64,000 nt of DNA, taken from the NCBI GenBank assembly GCA_965235115.1, contig OZ249438.1:37572001-37636000 (forward strand), given 5' to 3'. The notes under the pieces were generated by a model, which ran no database searches, was not told where the DNA came from, and saw only the letters and a program-made list of their open reading frames with translations. A program made the translations under genes and the position numbers. Below, piece by piece: positions 38,601 to 51,942 of the stretch. The stretch is from Laetmonice hystrix (lineage: Eukaryota). Within the stretch, counting starts at the first letter, position 1. Each line of letters begins with the position of its first letter.

Positions 38601-40041
38601 GATCTATATGCAGGTTGTCCAAAAGGGGTCTCGTTGCTGGCATGCTACATTGGGATTGTGCCGTTAGGTGCGCGGAGAATCGACCAACCCAGGAATAGCA
38701 TTACGTCCGCCTCTGCCCTCATCACTGCAGGCTGAGGCGTGATTTCTTCCATGTCGTCTCTAGCTCGTTCTCCAGGAATTCCCGCTGGGAGACCACACTC
38801 TCACTGGCTCGGCCCAGTTAATAAATTATATCGGGCCGTCGGAGCAGAAAGGGGAATGGAGGGAGAGGAGCCATAAGCTTGGTGTAGTCACACTATCTGC
38901 TCGGTTCACCTTCCTCAGGTCAACGCTTGGTGGCAGCCGATAGGACAATACACTTTGTGCACCACCAAGTAATTGTTATAGATGGTGGCTGCTAGAACTC
39001 GGTTGTGATGCTGCTGCCTTTACGTTCATCCAGTTGGCTGAGATATTTCAGCGGCTCAATTCACAGGCTTACACTTTGGGTTTATTCACCTCGTAAAGTC
39101 TGAGGGCACTGAGTCAACGCAATCAGTTAATGGCTTTCCTTTCATGGACAAAATGTGGACTAGATTAAAGAAAACTCACAATACACCAGTTCTGGGCACT
39201 GCACCCTTTTAGTTTTATGAATCGGCCGCATGCTGAGTCCACTATGGCTAAGCGCCTTATTATCTGAGCTAAACGTCTTTTTATCTCAGCTAGGCGCCAC
39301 ATTATCTCCGCGGTCGTTTAACAGATGAGATTTCAGGTCTTGCGATGGGTTGAAGGGTATTGTACGAATGATTGCATCAGTCGAGCCGGAATGTAGAGTA
39401 TGAATGTATGAAATCTGAATTCGCTTCTCTCATTCTTGTCGAAGGCAGGCTATGAATTCGAAGAAACGCAAGCACCATTTCCCTTTGTTTAAAAATCCAT
39501 CCACATTGAATGATTCATTCAGTATATCGCTTAGTTTAGGGGGTTCGCCCCCACTCCGGCATGTGTCTGGTTTTTTGACTGGTTGCCCAGAGAATATATA
39601 AATTTGATTAACAGCCGTTTTTACCAGATCCTATCCTGACCAGTTTTGGCGATGGTTGTGATATTTGTCATGTATATGGTAAGAGCGGCACCCGGTGCGG
39701 TTAAAGAGTGCACAGTACAGCAGTGTTCACGTCAAGTATCAATATTGTATGGAGGGAACAAAGACATTTAGAAATGAACAGCGACAAGTCGTGAACAAAC
39801 CGGTCATGATCTGTACCAGTACAGTGTGACACACCGGATAACGATTCCGTTTGTTACCTACACAATAGACTCCACTTTTTTGTTCGGAAAAGTCGTGGAT
39901 TGTTAACATAGACTAACATTTTGGGCCATACGACTTGAACCATCAGAAACCCTCCGGTGCTTTTACAAGGAATTGATGATATAGGTGTCAGGGTTCGGTC
40001 TCATGACACTAGTCTAGTTTATAACAATCGGCCAGGTTTTA

Positions 40042-40552
40042 ACCATGGAGACTAGCCATGTTGTAACCATGGAGACCAGTCACGTTGTAACCATGGAGAC
40101 CAGTCACGTTGTAACCATGGAGACCAGTCACGTTGTAACCATGGAGACCAGTCACGTTGTAACCATGGAGACCAGTCACGTTGTAACCATGGAGACCAGT
40201 CACGTTGTAACCATGGAGACCAGTCACGTTGTAACCATGGAGACCAGTCACGTTGTAACCATGGAGACCAGTCACGTTGTAACCATGGAGACCAGTCACG
40301 TTGTAACCATGGAGACCAGTCACGTTGTAACCATGGAGACCAGTCACGTTGTAACCATGGAGACTAGCCATGTTGTAACCATGGAGACCAGTCACGTTGT
40401 AACCATGGAGACCAGTCACGTTGTAACCATGGAGACCAGTCACGTTGTAACCATGGAGACCAGTCACGTTGTAACTATGGAGACCAGTCATGTTGTAACT
40501 ATGGAGACCAGTCACGTTGTAACTATGGAGACCAGTAACGTTGTCCCCATGG
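40042..40552. repeat. Highly homogeneous minisatellite, 24-bp unit, about 21 copies
   Basis: Unit accatggagaccagtcacgttgta; explains the METSHVVT ORF. Confidence 0.98.
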
Positions 40553-41037
40553 ATACCGGCAGACTGTGTTCTGTCATGAGCAGGGCGTGGCTCTGAGAGG
40601 GCCTTTCTCCGCCTCTGTTCTCAGTGAAATGTTGAATACAGGATGTATTAATTGTAAAACGGGACACATTGTCATGGGTATAGATATGTGAGTGATATCT
40701 AATCCGGCGGAGGTTCTAGCGATAGAGTGGGCCCCTCATTTCTTTACAATGTCATATCGGAGAACTGTTATTCTTGTAGAGATAATATTTACTGCAAGGG
40801 CACTCAGGCGGAGTTTGTAAGGGGGAAGTAATTCTTCTACCGTAAGCGAGGAGGGGATTTGTTGGTAATCCGCCAGTGATTCTATCCAAATCTTGTTTGG
40901 ATTACCTGACACGTCACTTACTGTCAGATAATCCCTGCTCGGCTGCTTCAAGGAAGGCTTTACAGGTGCTTCATCACGTAAGCTGCTTCATTGTTAGAAA
41001 TGCGTCGCTGCCTTGATGGCACTGCATAAGTTAGTAG

Positions 41038-41770
41038 GAGATTTCATAGGCAGTTCTTAGTCTGAGTGGGGGTTATTAGATGGTTTGGGTTCTGTGGTTT
41101 GTTTTGATTTCATAGGCAGTTCTCAGTCTGAGTGGGGTTTATTAGATGGTTTGGGTTCTGTGGGTTGTTTTGATTTCATAGGCAGTTCTCAGTCTGAGTG
41201 GGGTTTATTAGATGGTTTGGGTTCTGTGGTTTGTTTTGATTTCATAGGCAGTTCTCAGTCTGAGTGGGGTTTATTAGATGGTTTGGGTTCTGTGGTTTGT
41301 TTAGATTTCATAGGCAGTTCTCAGTCTGAGTGGGGGTTATTAGATGGTTTGGGTTCTGTGGTTTGTTTTGATTTCATAGGCAGTTCTCAGTCTGAGTGGG
41401 GTTTATTAGATGGTTTGGGTTCTGTGGGTTGTTTTGATTTCATAGGCAGTTCTCAGTCTGAGTGGGGGTTATTAGATGGTTTGGGTTCTGTGGTTTGTTT
41501 TGATTTCATAGGCAGTTCTCAGTCTGAGTGGGGTTTATTAGATGGTTTGGGTTCTGTGGTTTGTTTTGATTTCATAGGCAGTTCTCAGTCTGAGTGGGGT
41601 TTATTAGATGGTTTGGGTTCTGTGGTTTGTTTAGATTTCATAGGCAGTTCTCAGTCTGAGTGGGGTTTATTAGATGGTTTGGGTTCTGTGGGTTGTTTTG
41701 ATTTCATAGGCAGTTCTTAGTCTGAGTGGGGGTTATTAGATCATTGGGTTCTGTGGGTTGTTTTGATTAG
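41038..41770. repeat. Minisatellite, 66-bp unit, about 11 copies
   Basis: Unit gatttcataggcagttctcagtctgagtggggtttattagatggtttgggttctgtggtttgtttt. Confidence 0.97.
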
Positions 41771-41997
41771 TTCCTCAGACATGTGCTCGTCTTTGAGGCA
41801 GTCCGTGGGATTATACCCCCGTAGGTCACACACGGCCACCAGCGCCGCTGAGACTGTTGCTTTACTTCTTGTGTCTACTTACCTCCCGGCGTCTCTGGCC
41901 GGTCGTGTAATTAGTGGATGGATGACAACGTGGGAACCGTGTGACAGGTGGGCGTGGGCTTGTTCTGGAGTCTGTGGTAGATGTAACGTTAACTTTG

Positions 41998-42400
41998 ACC
42001 CCCTGCCTCTCCCGGCCCCGGCCCCGGCTGCCAGCCCCCGCTCCCCCTATCCCCCCGCCCCCTGCCTCTCCCCCCGCCCCCTGCCTCTCCCGCCCTGGGC
42101 TCCCAGCCCCCGCTCCCCCTATCCCCCCTGCCTCTCCCACCCCCGGCTCCCAGCCCCCGCTCCCCCTATCCCCCCGCCTCCTGCCTCTCCCGCCCCCGGC
42201 TCCCAGCCCCCGCTCCCCCTATCCCCCCGCCCCCTGCCTCTCCCGCCCGCGGCCCCCAGCCCCCGCTCCCCTATCCCCCCGCCCCCTGCCTCTCCCGGCC
42301 CCCAGCCCCCGCTCCCCCTATCCCCCCGCCCCCTGCCTCTCCCGCCCCCGGCTCCCAGACTCCGCCCCCGTACCTGGCCCCCGGTCATGCCCCCAGCCTC
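41998..42400. repeat. C-rich degenerate tandem repeat
   Basis: Recurring cccagcccccgctccccctatccccccgccccctgcctctc. Confidence 0.9.
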
Positions 42401-42627
42401 GGGGCCCCTTGCTGCCGCTGGAGCGTACACCAATGTTGGCCGACGCTCGGTCAGTTTGTCTTCATTTGGTGCCAAACAGGATGTTTATATTGGCCTCGTT
42501 CTGTCCACCCATCCACACCGTTCACTGACGTCATACGTCAGGCCACGTGCTGCCCTCTGGTGATGATTTATACATCCAGGTGACTGGCCGGACCGTCCAG
42601 GGGGAGCCAGGTATGGGGTGGCCGTGC

Positions 42628-42770
42628 CGGGCCGGGCGGGAGTGGCCAGGGCGGGAGTGGCCAGGGCGGGAGTGGCCAGGGCCGGAGTGGCCAGACCGGA
42701 GTGGCCAGGGCCGGAGTGGCCAGGGCCGGAGTGGCCAGACCGGAGTGGCCAGGGCCGGAGTGGCCAGGAC
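42628..42770. repeat. 15-bp GC-rich tandem repeat, about 9 copies
   Basis: Unit ggagtggccagggcc / ggagtggccagggcg. Confidence 0.92.
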
Positions 42771-44597
42771 GGTAGGGTGAGCCGGAGAGGGGGGGAGGGC
42801 ATTCATCAATATGTTGGACAGGCGTCCGGTTAGCGCGGGGTGGGGTAATGAAGGGTGGGCAGGGAAGGTCATGGATCAGCTTCCAAACCCCATTGATACT
42901 TGTTAAATGTCTTTGATCCGGACCTGATTGCATTAGCCATGCGTTCACCTGCGGGGCTGCTGTTAATAGGTGTATGTGGTGGTGGAAGCACCTCCAGGGT
43001 GGCGGGCAGGAGGTCTCCAGGGACCACCCTGGAGGAGGTAAACACCCTACCTGGCGGAATAGATTACCGTCAAGCGAACCCTGTTCCTTCCAGAATTTAA
43101 TTGATAAACTAATAAATGAAAAATAAATAAATAAACTAATTAATTAAAAAGACGTCGCCTTGAATTATTTGTTAGGTTTGTCTTGCCCCACACACATGAG
43201 GAGAGGTGGCCCGTCGGTGTGAACCTTTTCACACCGACCGATTGTCATCCAGAAACCATGTCAAGGTTGTTGTTAGTGTTACTATGAGGTGACTGCCTCA
43301 AGGCAAGACAAAGATGTTGTTGGGAGAAGTGTGGTAACCTTGGGGCCAGCCTCACACAGCTGTACAATCAGAACTGTTCACAGGGATTGAACACAGCCCC
43401 GTTATGTGTTGAACCCTCATGCAGATTTCTGGTCCTTTGATCATGATAAATGCGGCGGATTTCCACACTGAGCTGCCTTCATCAATCAACATTGGCAAAT
43501 GTATGAATTATGGAACGTCTGTGGGTAGCGTGGCTCTCATCCACCCAGTCAACGGGATCGAGAAATACGACACTCACGTGACGGGTACAAATATGGCCCG
43601 ATTATTCAAACATGGCCACCAAAAGGACCACGGTTTGTGCTCGACTTAAATGTGTTCGCCGATAACGCAACAGTTTTTGCGATGGTGCGGGTCAGTTGTG
43701 AGCCGTGTGAGGGTGCCACCACCGCCACCCAGCTGTCAGTTCCGCCCCACAGCATTGTGATGGAGGCGGGGGATCATTGGAATGACAAAACAGTCAGAGG
43801 AAGGAGAGGAAGTGGTGGGTGTGGCAGTTGTGGATCATGTGGCCCCGGCCAGGGGAGGGTAGGGGCGCCCCACCCGGCCCCCCGCCCGGCAGTAAACTGA
43901 TATAGGCAGCCACCTGCGGTGGTCCACCCTCCGATCACGGAGACAGGCTGGGTCTGTCTCATTCCAGGCGAGTGTAAATTGTAAATTGTGACTTCTACAG
44001 CTATAAACCTCAGTAAGTTTTCATAAACATCATTATGGGCTGTCTACTGGGATTATGTAACGGCAGTAAAATGTTGTATACAGTGGCACCCGTTCTAGTT
44101 TAGGGGGACCGTTAAAAAACTGAATAAAGTTTCCTATTGTGGCGGAAAGAAATATTGAGGTGACCCCCCCCCCCCCGAAACAAACGGAACAATCATATTT
44201 CATACTCATATCGGCATCATCATTAGAATACAAACATTTATATGAAGGAAAACAGGAACATTGTGACCGATAGGTTTGAGTGACTTGAAGCTGAGACAGC
44301 TCATGCGCTCGGTCTGCCCGTGTTGACTGGGAGGTGGGAGGGGGTGGAGTGGGGCGCGGGGTGAGATGGGGGTGAGGGGTGGGGGTGAGATTGGGCGGGG
44401 GTGAGGAGGGTGGGGGTGTTATACGGTGATTGATATCACCTCTGGCAGGAACATATTCATTACCGAACGGTGATTTTTATGACTTTACCCGCGGGAGATC
44501 AGGTCTATGTATTTTATGACTCCGCCAATGGGATTAGATAGTCGGTGTGGACGAAGGAGGCCTTTCTTGGTACAACACATGTGTATGGTAACTCATC

Positions 44598-44960
44598 GTG
44601 CCACTGACAATACGTCCCTTCGGTCGGAGTGCCACTGACAATACGTCCCTTCGGTCGGAGTGCCACTGACAATAAGTCCCTTCGGTCGGAGTGCCACTGA
44701 CAATAAGTCCCTTCGGTCGGAGTGCCGCTGACAATATGTCCCCTCGGTCGGAGTGCCACTGACAATATGCTACTCAGGTCAAAGTGCCACTGACAATATG
44801 TTACTCAGGTCAAAGTGCCACTGGCAATATGTTACTCAGGTCAAAGTGCCACTGACACAATATGTTACTCAGGTCAAAGTGCCACTGACAATATGTTACT
44901 CAGGTCAAAGTGCCACTGGCAATAGTCTCGCCACTGGGAGCGCGACTGACAATATGCCAC
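44598..44960. repeat. Two-part 31-bp minisatellite sharing the head gtgccactgacaat
   Basis: First gtgccactgacaatacgtcccttcggtcgga, then gtgccactgacaatatgttactcaggtcaaa. Confidence 0.92.
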
Positions 44961-45031
44961 TTCAGTCGGAATGGAGCTAGGATGGAATGAATAACAAAGC
45001 GTAAGCCTGCCTTGTTTTAAAGACTGGTTTC

Positions 45032-45700
45032 TGTATAGCTCCGTGTACGGTTATACTATACGGACGATAACATGGTCCGAAGAAGGTGGTAATACCTCTG
45101 TATCTAAGTAAGCCGAGTGTAGCTATAGGTCCGTGTACGGTTATACTATACGGGCGATGACATGGTCGGAAGAAGGTGGTAATACCTCTGTATCTAAGTA
45201 GGCGGAGTGTATAGGTCCGTGTACGGTTATACTATACGGACGATGACATGGTCGGAAGAAGGTGGTAATACCTCTGTATCTAAGTAGGCGGAGTGTATAG
45301 GTCCGTGTACGGTTATACTATACGGGCGATGACATGGTCGGAAGAAGGTGGTAATACCTCTGTATCTAAGTAAGCCGAGTGTAGCTATAGGTCCGTGTAC
45401 GGTTATACTATACGGGCGATGACATGGTCGGAAGAAGGTGGTAATACCTCTGTATCTAAGTAGGCGGAGTGTATAGGTCCGTGTACAGTTATACTATACG
45501 GACGATGACATGGTCCGAAGAAGGTGGTAATACCTCTGTATCTAAGTAAGCCGAGTGTATAGGTCCGTGTACAGTTATACTATACGGACGATGACATGGT
45601 CGGAAGAAGGTGGTAATACCTCTGTATCTAAGTAAGCCGAGCGTATAGGTCCGTGTACAGTTATACTATACGGACGATGACATGGTCCGAAGAAGGTGGT
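45032..45700. repeat. Tandem repeat, 86-bp unit (90 bp with insertion), about 7.5 copies
   Basis: Unit ggtccgtgtacggttatactatacggacgatgacatggtcggaagaaggtggtaatacctctgtatctaagtaagccgagtgtata. Confidence 0.95.
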
Positions 45701-46514
45701 GGTACTATAGCAGCAGCTCCTCATGTGCTATAGATGAAGCCACAAAAAGTCAATGGCAGGTACAGTACACGGTTTAATCTATTGTCTTTTCCTTCAATTA
45801 TGCAGCAGAAATCGCTGTAGTCAGCAGCGCTTTATTATGGTAATGGCATCGACGTAGGTAGTATGACACAAGCAGGAGTAATTGAAGGGGAGGAGGGGGG
45901 CCAACACACCCCTTTCTACCTCGTCAGATTGGCGTAATGTCGTTTTGATTGGAACGGTAACGATGGTAATCAAAGAGTTCGGCAGTTGGGAAGAAACTTT
46001 TGGTGAGCTGAAAGAAAAGATGCGTGGAAAGAAAAGTAGTGAATGTGACCTTGGAAACATTTGATGTCAGCGACCAGTGGCGGGGCGGGGTGGTGAATTG
46101 TGGAACTATAATGAGGCGTGCTTCCGCTCATTCCAGCCTCGTTCTGACGTATGTCGGGGGTTTTATTAAACACAAGTGGGATGATACGGACGCAAGGGGT
46201 CGACAGGGTCGTGATCCCCTTTGGGTTTCGACCGCCGTGTCCATTTCCTGTTTGTATTTGGAGAAGACAAATCTGTAAACCCGGTCCCTGTATTATAACA
46301 TTACTGTGCATTCATATACTGGTATCCAGTGTCGTGCCTAGGGTATGGCAGGTTTGGCATGCGCCCTGGACACCACTTGAAGGAAGCGTCACTGAGCAGT
46401 TTCTGTTAAAGTCAGACAAGTCATCCTCGGATAGTTAAAAAAGAATTTCAGCGCAATTTCAGTGCTTGCCGTAGGCGCTTTCCGTATAGGCCTACTCCCC
46501 TGCTGGTATCGCCC

Positions 46515-47304
46515 AGTATATTGAATATAGCATTGTGTGGAAACATTAGGGCCCATTATATTGAATCTAGCATTGTATGGAAACATTAGGGCCCATTATG
46601 TTGAATCTAGTATTGTGTGGAAACATTAGGGCCCATTATAATCTAGTATTGTGTGGAAACATTAGTGCCCATTATATTGAATCTAGCATTGTGTGGAAAC
46701 ATTAGGACCCATTATGTTGAATCTAGCATTGTGTGGAAACATTAGGGCCCATTATATTGAATCTAGTATTGTGTGGAAAGATTAGGGCCCATTATGTTGA
46801 ATCTAGTATTGTTTGGAAAGATTAGGGCCCATTATATTGAATCTAGCATTGTGTGGAAACATTAGGGCCCATTATATTGAATCTAGCATTGTGTGGAAAC
46901 ATTAGGGCCCATTATATTGAATCTAGTATTGTGTGGAAACATTAGGGCCCATTATATTGAATCTAGTATTGTGTGGAAACATTAGGGCCCATTATATTGA
47001 ATCTAGCATTGTGTGGAAACATTAGGGCCCATTATATTGAATCTAGCATTGTGTGGAAACATTAGGGCCCATTATATTGAATCTAGTATTGTGTGGAAAC
47101 ATTAGGGCCCATTATATTGAATCTAGTATTGTGTGGAAACATTAGGGCCCATTATATTGAATCTAGCATTGTGTGGAAACATTAGGGCCCATTATATTGA
47201 ATCTAGCATTGTGTGGAAACATTAGGGCCCATTATATTGAATCTAGCATTGTGTGGAAACATTAGGTCCCATTATATTGAATCTAGTATTGTGTGGAAAC
47301 ATTG
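46515..47304. repeat. Minisatellite, 40-bp unit, about 19 copies
   Basis: Unit tctagcattgtgtggaaacattagggcccattatattgaa. Confidence 0.97.
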
Positions 47305-48311
47305 GAGACCGAACTGTCGCTACCCTTACCACAATATCATCGATCATAGTTTTACAGCCCTCTCCCGCCAACCGACGTTTATTGACACGTATGTTCTGAA
47401 ACCAGGTCAACAAATATTGACTAATCTGCAGTGGGATTATTGCACGACTTGCACGGCCAGCCTTCCGAGAGATTACTAGGCATACACATGGAAATTCCAG
47501 TTATGAACTACCTTCTCCCAAAGTAACACGTGTTTGGCAACTTGGAATGAGGCAGGAATTACTACGTTTTTTTCTAATATTCTTTTGTTACAGTGATATT
47601 GATTTTGTCGTTTTTTGCTCAGGGCTTACATGTTGAAACAATTTGCATTCTTGACGGTATCGATTTTTCCTTAAATTTCGTTGGATACATAATGCATTGA
47701 TTTCTTAACTGGGTAATTGATCACGCCCGTTGTGCTGTGGGCGATCAGGTCCCCTGCCTAGCGCCGATGCTGCAGTGTTATATTCACACCTTTTTTTATT
47801 TTTATTTCCCCCACCAAGAATGTAGAAGGATTGTTTGTAGCCGGCTGTGTTATGAAACGCCGCGGGTGTTGTAGAAACATCCCCCTTCAGATGTATGACC
47901 CCACCCTCGGGGGTGACTAGGAGGTGCAGTGCTACAGGCGTCACTGAGGCGGCCGTCTCTGTCACTGTGGTCGGTGGGCATACATCAGTTACCTATATGA
48001 TGACAGGGAGTACACTATCGATGCAACCATTGCACGGCCTCTGTAATTATACCCCTCCATCCACTTGATCCAATTACCCGGGAAATCCACCAGGATCCCA
48101 GCAGAGATTAGCATGTTTGAGTGAACTGCCAGTGAGGTGATGTACCTGGGATTATCCAGGCCGTGGGAAGGCCATAACCCAGCCGCCAGACATAACAGGT
48201 CGACAATGGAGCGACCTCACATCGCCACTGTCCCATTATATACCAGTCTCCTAGTCGGTGGGTTGGAGAGGCGGGGGGGGGGGGGGGGGGGGGGGGTTCA
48301 GCCGCTATTGT

Positions 48312-48637
48312 AGGCACCTGTAGGTCGGCTGCTGGAGGCACCTTGAGGTCGGCTGCTGGAGGCACCTGGAGGCCGGCTGCTGGAGGCACCTGGAGGTCGG
48401 CTGCTGGAGGCACCTGGAGGTCGGCTGCTGGAGGCACCTTGAGGTCGGCTGCTGGAGGCACCTGGAGGTCGGCTGCTGGAGGCACCTGGAGGTCGGCTGC
48501 TGGAGGCACCTGGAGGTCGGCTGCTGGAGGCACCTGGAGGTCGGCTGCTGGAGGCACCTGGAGGTCGGCTGCTGGAGGCACCTGGAGGTCGGCTGCTGGA
48601 GGCACCTGGAGGTCGGCTGCTGGAGGCACCTAGAGGT
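48312..48637. repeat. Minisatellite, 24-bp unit, about 13 copies, beside a long poly-G run
   Basis: Unit gctgctggaggcacctggaggtcg. Confidence 0.96.
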
Positions 48638-49648
48638 CGCTGTCCTGGGGATGTGCAAGCATGCTATTCACGGGAATATTAATCTAATACATGGAGAACT
48701 TTGGATTCGGTTAACTCAGGGTGACTTGTGAAAAAGGCCTTATCATGCAGCTGAGGTTTACCTGTGAAAAAGGTCTCATCAGTGTTTCCGATTCTCAACT
48801 GGAAATTTGTCAAATAAAATTCTTAGAATGACGCCTTTCTTTGTGGAGTGAAAAAAAAACTAGCTATATATCACGGACTCTGCTTGCTAGAGTTGAACAG
48901 TCAATTCAATATAATCCTTTTTGCTTAGCTTCCTTATTTATTCGTGTCGTTTGGCATCAGTTGAGTGTTGTTTGTATAGGTCAAACTCGAATACGGCAAG
49001 AAGTAACATCTAATAAATATTTGACCATATCCAGGTGACACTTGTACAGACCACGCGTCTGATTACCGGCGCCCTCTCGCTGGTTGCATCTGCCATCAGG
49101 TGACTCGAACATATTAATCTTTTTAAACCTGAAGCCTGAGATATTTTTCTCTGACAATTTACCGGAGGCCTACCGACAGCTTTCGGTCTGTAAGTAAAAG
49201 TACACCGCACTGACTGTTTGAGGGTCAGCTAATCCACGACGGATGATATTAACTGTTTGTAATGAGGCGAAGCTCACCGGAGCCGTACCTGTATTTTAAA
49301 ATGCTAATTGTAATGCGATAGTTGAGGGCAGTTGTTACAGGTTAAATACAAAGCACGATGTAGTCGTTCTGTACAAGCGCTCTGTACCAACAGGTGCAGG
49401 CTGTACGGCAGGTGACAATGATTGTCAATATATCCAAGGTAATTCTTAGAACTTTAAAATTATTCCGTGTAGCAAATTACACATGTCGCCGTTTAGACAG
49501 TAAATCTGCCCGTCTCAGCTACAAGGTTAAGTGAACAGTGAGGCCTTGCGGATAGCAGTTGCTATCTATGGACGCAAATCGCAAGCAAAGAAATTCGAAT
49601 TGTCGCCAGATGGAAGCAGACTGTAAGATTTCCAGCTACTACGGTCCT

Positions 49649-50188
49649 CACGGCCTGTAGACGATCTTGTATTTCTATGTTTGGACCGTTAAATCGTGCA
49701 TTTTGATGAGTTCGTGAATCTCGATGTGGCAGTCTGCCCTGTCACGTCAGCACGCCTTCCTAAAATGTCTTCCCGTGAGTTACTCAGAATGTTTATTCAT
49801 CAACTTCCAAGCTCACGGAACATGTACGATATTGCTGGTTGGATGTGCAGTGGTATCATCTTGATTAACATGATATTTTGTGTGTGTAAGCCTGCACAGT
49901 TCAGACACCCTATGATGGGAAAAACACGGGGTTTGCTTGCACTGTGTGCACTCGTGTGGCCTAAACAGAGAAAAACATGCATGCGGGAAAGTTGATGTCC
50001 ACACATTGCTAACATGTTCAGGCATTCCGTGGTGTAGTTAAAGAGACGTAATCATTAATACTTTAACTTTACGGGGTGGTTTTCTGACGTGACAGGGCCG
50101 ACTGCCACATCGAGATGCACGGACTCCTCATCGAAATGCACGATTTAACGGTCCAAACATAGAGATGTAAGATCGTCTACAGGCCGTG
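49649..50188. mobile_element. Non-autonomous DNA transposon with ~102-105-bp TIRs, CAC...GTG ends and a near-perfect 5-bp TSD
   Basis: 49649-49750 (cacggcctgtagacgatc...gtcacgtcag) is the roughly 90% identical reverse complement of 50084-50188; flanks gtcct / gtcgt. Confidence 0.75.
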
Positions 50189-51094
50189 GTCGTGTGTTTG
50201 ATTACGGTCGTGTGTTTGATTACGGTCCTGTGTTTGATTAGAAATGTAGTGATACGTTATCAGGGTTAGGACTGGAAGACGCGTGACGCATGTCAGAATC
50301 ATTGAAATCAAAATACGGATAAAGGATCTTTACGCCATTTCTTAGAACATTTAAAATGATATTTGCATTTCTTGACAACTTGTGCATAACCGAGATAAAC
50401 CGACGTGTTAGCTCGGTCGGCTTGTCCTGTCAGCCGAGATCTGTACGTCAGAGGAACTCTGTGACTTCTAAATTAACACGACTGTTGCTAAACTAAGGCT
50501 TGGTGATCCGATCCCAAGGTAGTGCGACTGGAATGGACGTAATTATTCCCGACAAGTGACCGGTTATGGCGATGACAGTTAGACCTCGTTTATCCGAACT
50601 GCTGCGTTCGTATTGTGAAACAGTGTGACAAGAGATTGTGTTGGGATTTTGAGGTATACGATCAATGACGTACGGATTAGTGAGGTCTGAATGAATACAG
50701 ATATAAAGTTGTGCAGTATGATCTTAGACTTTCTCCAAGGACGGGTAGTGAGTGGATATAGGAGGGATGATCCCGTGTTCGCCACCAGAGTTCATACACA
50801 CTCTCACTATGCCGGTTCGTCCTGCATGGTCAGCATCGTTAGGCTGCGTGATCGGTGGTGGGAGGGTGGGCTCAACATTCCCCTCCCACATCAATCACAG
50901 AAACCCTGGCCATAATACCTTCACCCTACCCACCCCACAACTACCCACCCGACGAGCTGGGGTATGGCGTGCCATAACGGAATTATGACGGAAGTATGGC
51001 GTGTCATAACGACATCATCACCCACTGCATCCGCCACATCCCCCGCAACCCGCCAAACGAGCTGTGGTATGGCGAGCTGTAATATATGCCCCAC

Positions 51095-51728
51095 CGTAAC
51101 GGTATTATGTCAGTCCTGAGTATGGCATGCCGTAACGGTATCAGGAGTATGGCATGCCGTAACGGTATTATGTCAGGAGTATGGCATGCCGTAACGGTAT
51201 TATGTCAGTCCTGAGTATAGCATGCCGTAACGGTATTATGTCAGGAGTATGGCATGTCGTAACGGTATTATGTCAGTCCTGAGTATAGCATGCCGTAACG
51301 GTATTATGTCAGGAGTATGGCATGCCGTAACGGTATTATGTCAGGGGTATGGCATGCCGTAACGGTATTATGTCAGGGGTATGGCATGCCGTAACGGTAT
51401 TATGTCAGGAGTATGGCATGCCGTAACGGTATTATGTCAGGAGTATGGCATGTCGTAACGGTATTATGTCAGGAGTATGGCATGCCGTAACGGTATTATG
51501 TCAGGGGTATGGCATGCCGTAACGGTATTATGTCAGGGGTATGGCATGCCATAACGGTATTATGTCAGGAGTATGGCATGCCGTAACGGTATTATGTCAG
51601 GAGTATGGCATGCCGTAACGGTATTATGTCAGGAGTATGGCATGCCGTAACGGTATTATGTCAGGAGTATGGCATGCCGTAACAGTATTATGTCAGGAGT
51701 ATGGCATGCCGTAACGGTATTATGTCAG
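51095..51728. repeat. Minisatellite, 32-bp unit, about 19 copies
   Basis: Unit ggcatgccgtaacggtattatgtcaggagtat; some units carry a 5-bp insertion. Confidence 0.96.
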
Positions 51729-51802
51729 AAACATGGCATGGGGCGCGATGGAGATTAGGACTCAGACCTGCGAGACCCCGTGGTTACAATCCAGACCACT
51801 AA

Positions 51803-51942
51803 GGACTGCTCCCGCTAAGGCGATTGTCTTTGCGATGTCCATGCGATTTTGACATCACCCCTTTATTTTGCTGTGATTTTAAGATTAAAGGATGGAATCC
51901 ATTTCCAGAAACAGGGACCAATCGCCTTAGTGGAAACAGTCC
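51803..51942. mobile_element. 140-bp MITE-like element with GG...CC ends (Kolobok- or Harbinger-like)
   Basis: ggactgctcccgctaaggcgattg ... caatcgccttagtggaaacagtcc imperfect TIR; flanks ctaa / ttaa. Confidence 0.55.

Noticed and set aside
40042-51728. Apparent enrichment of 6-bp palindromes (CCATGG, GGGCCC, GCATGC) in repeat units
   Set aside because: A 25-60-bp unit contains a 6-bp palindrome by chance roughly a third to a half of the time; not significant without a formal test.
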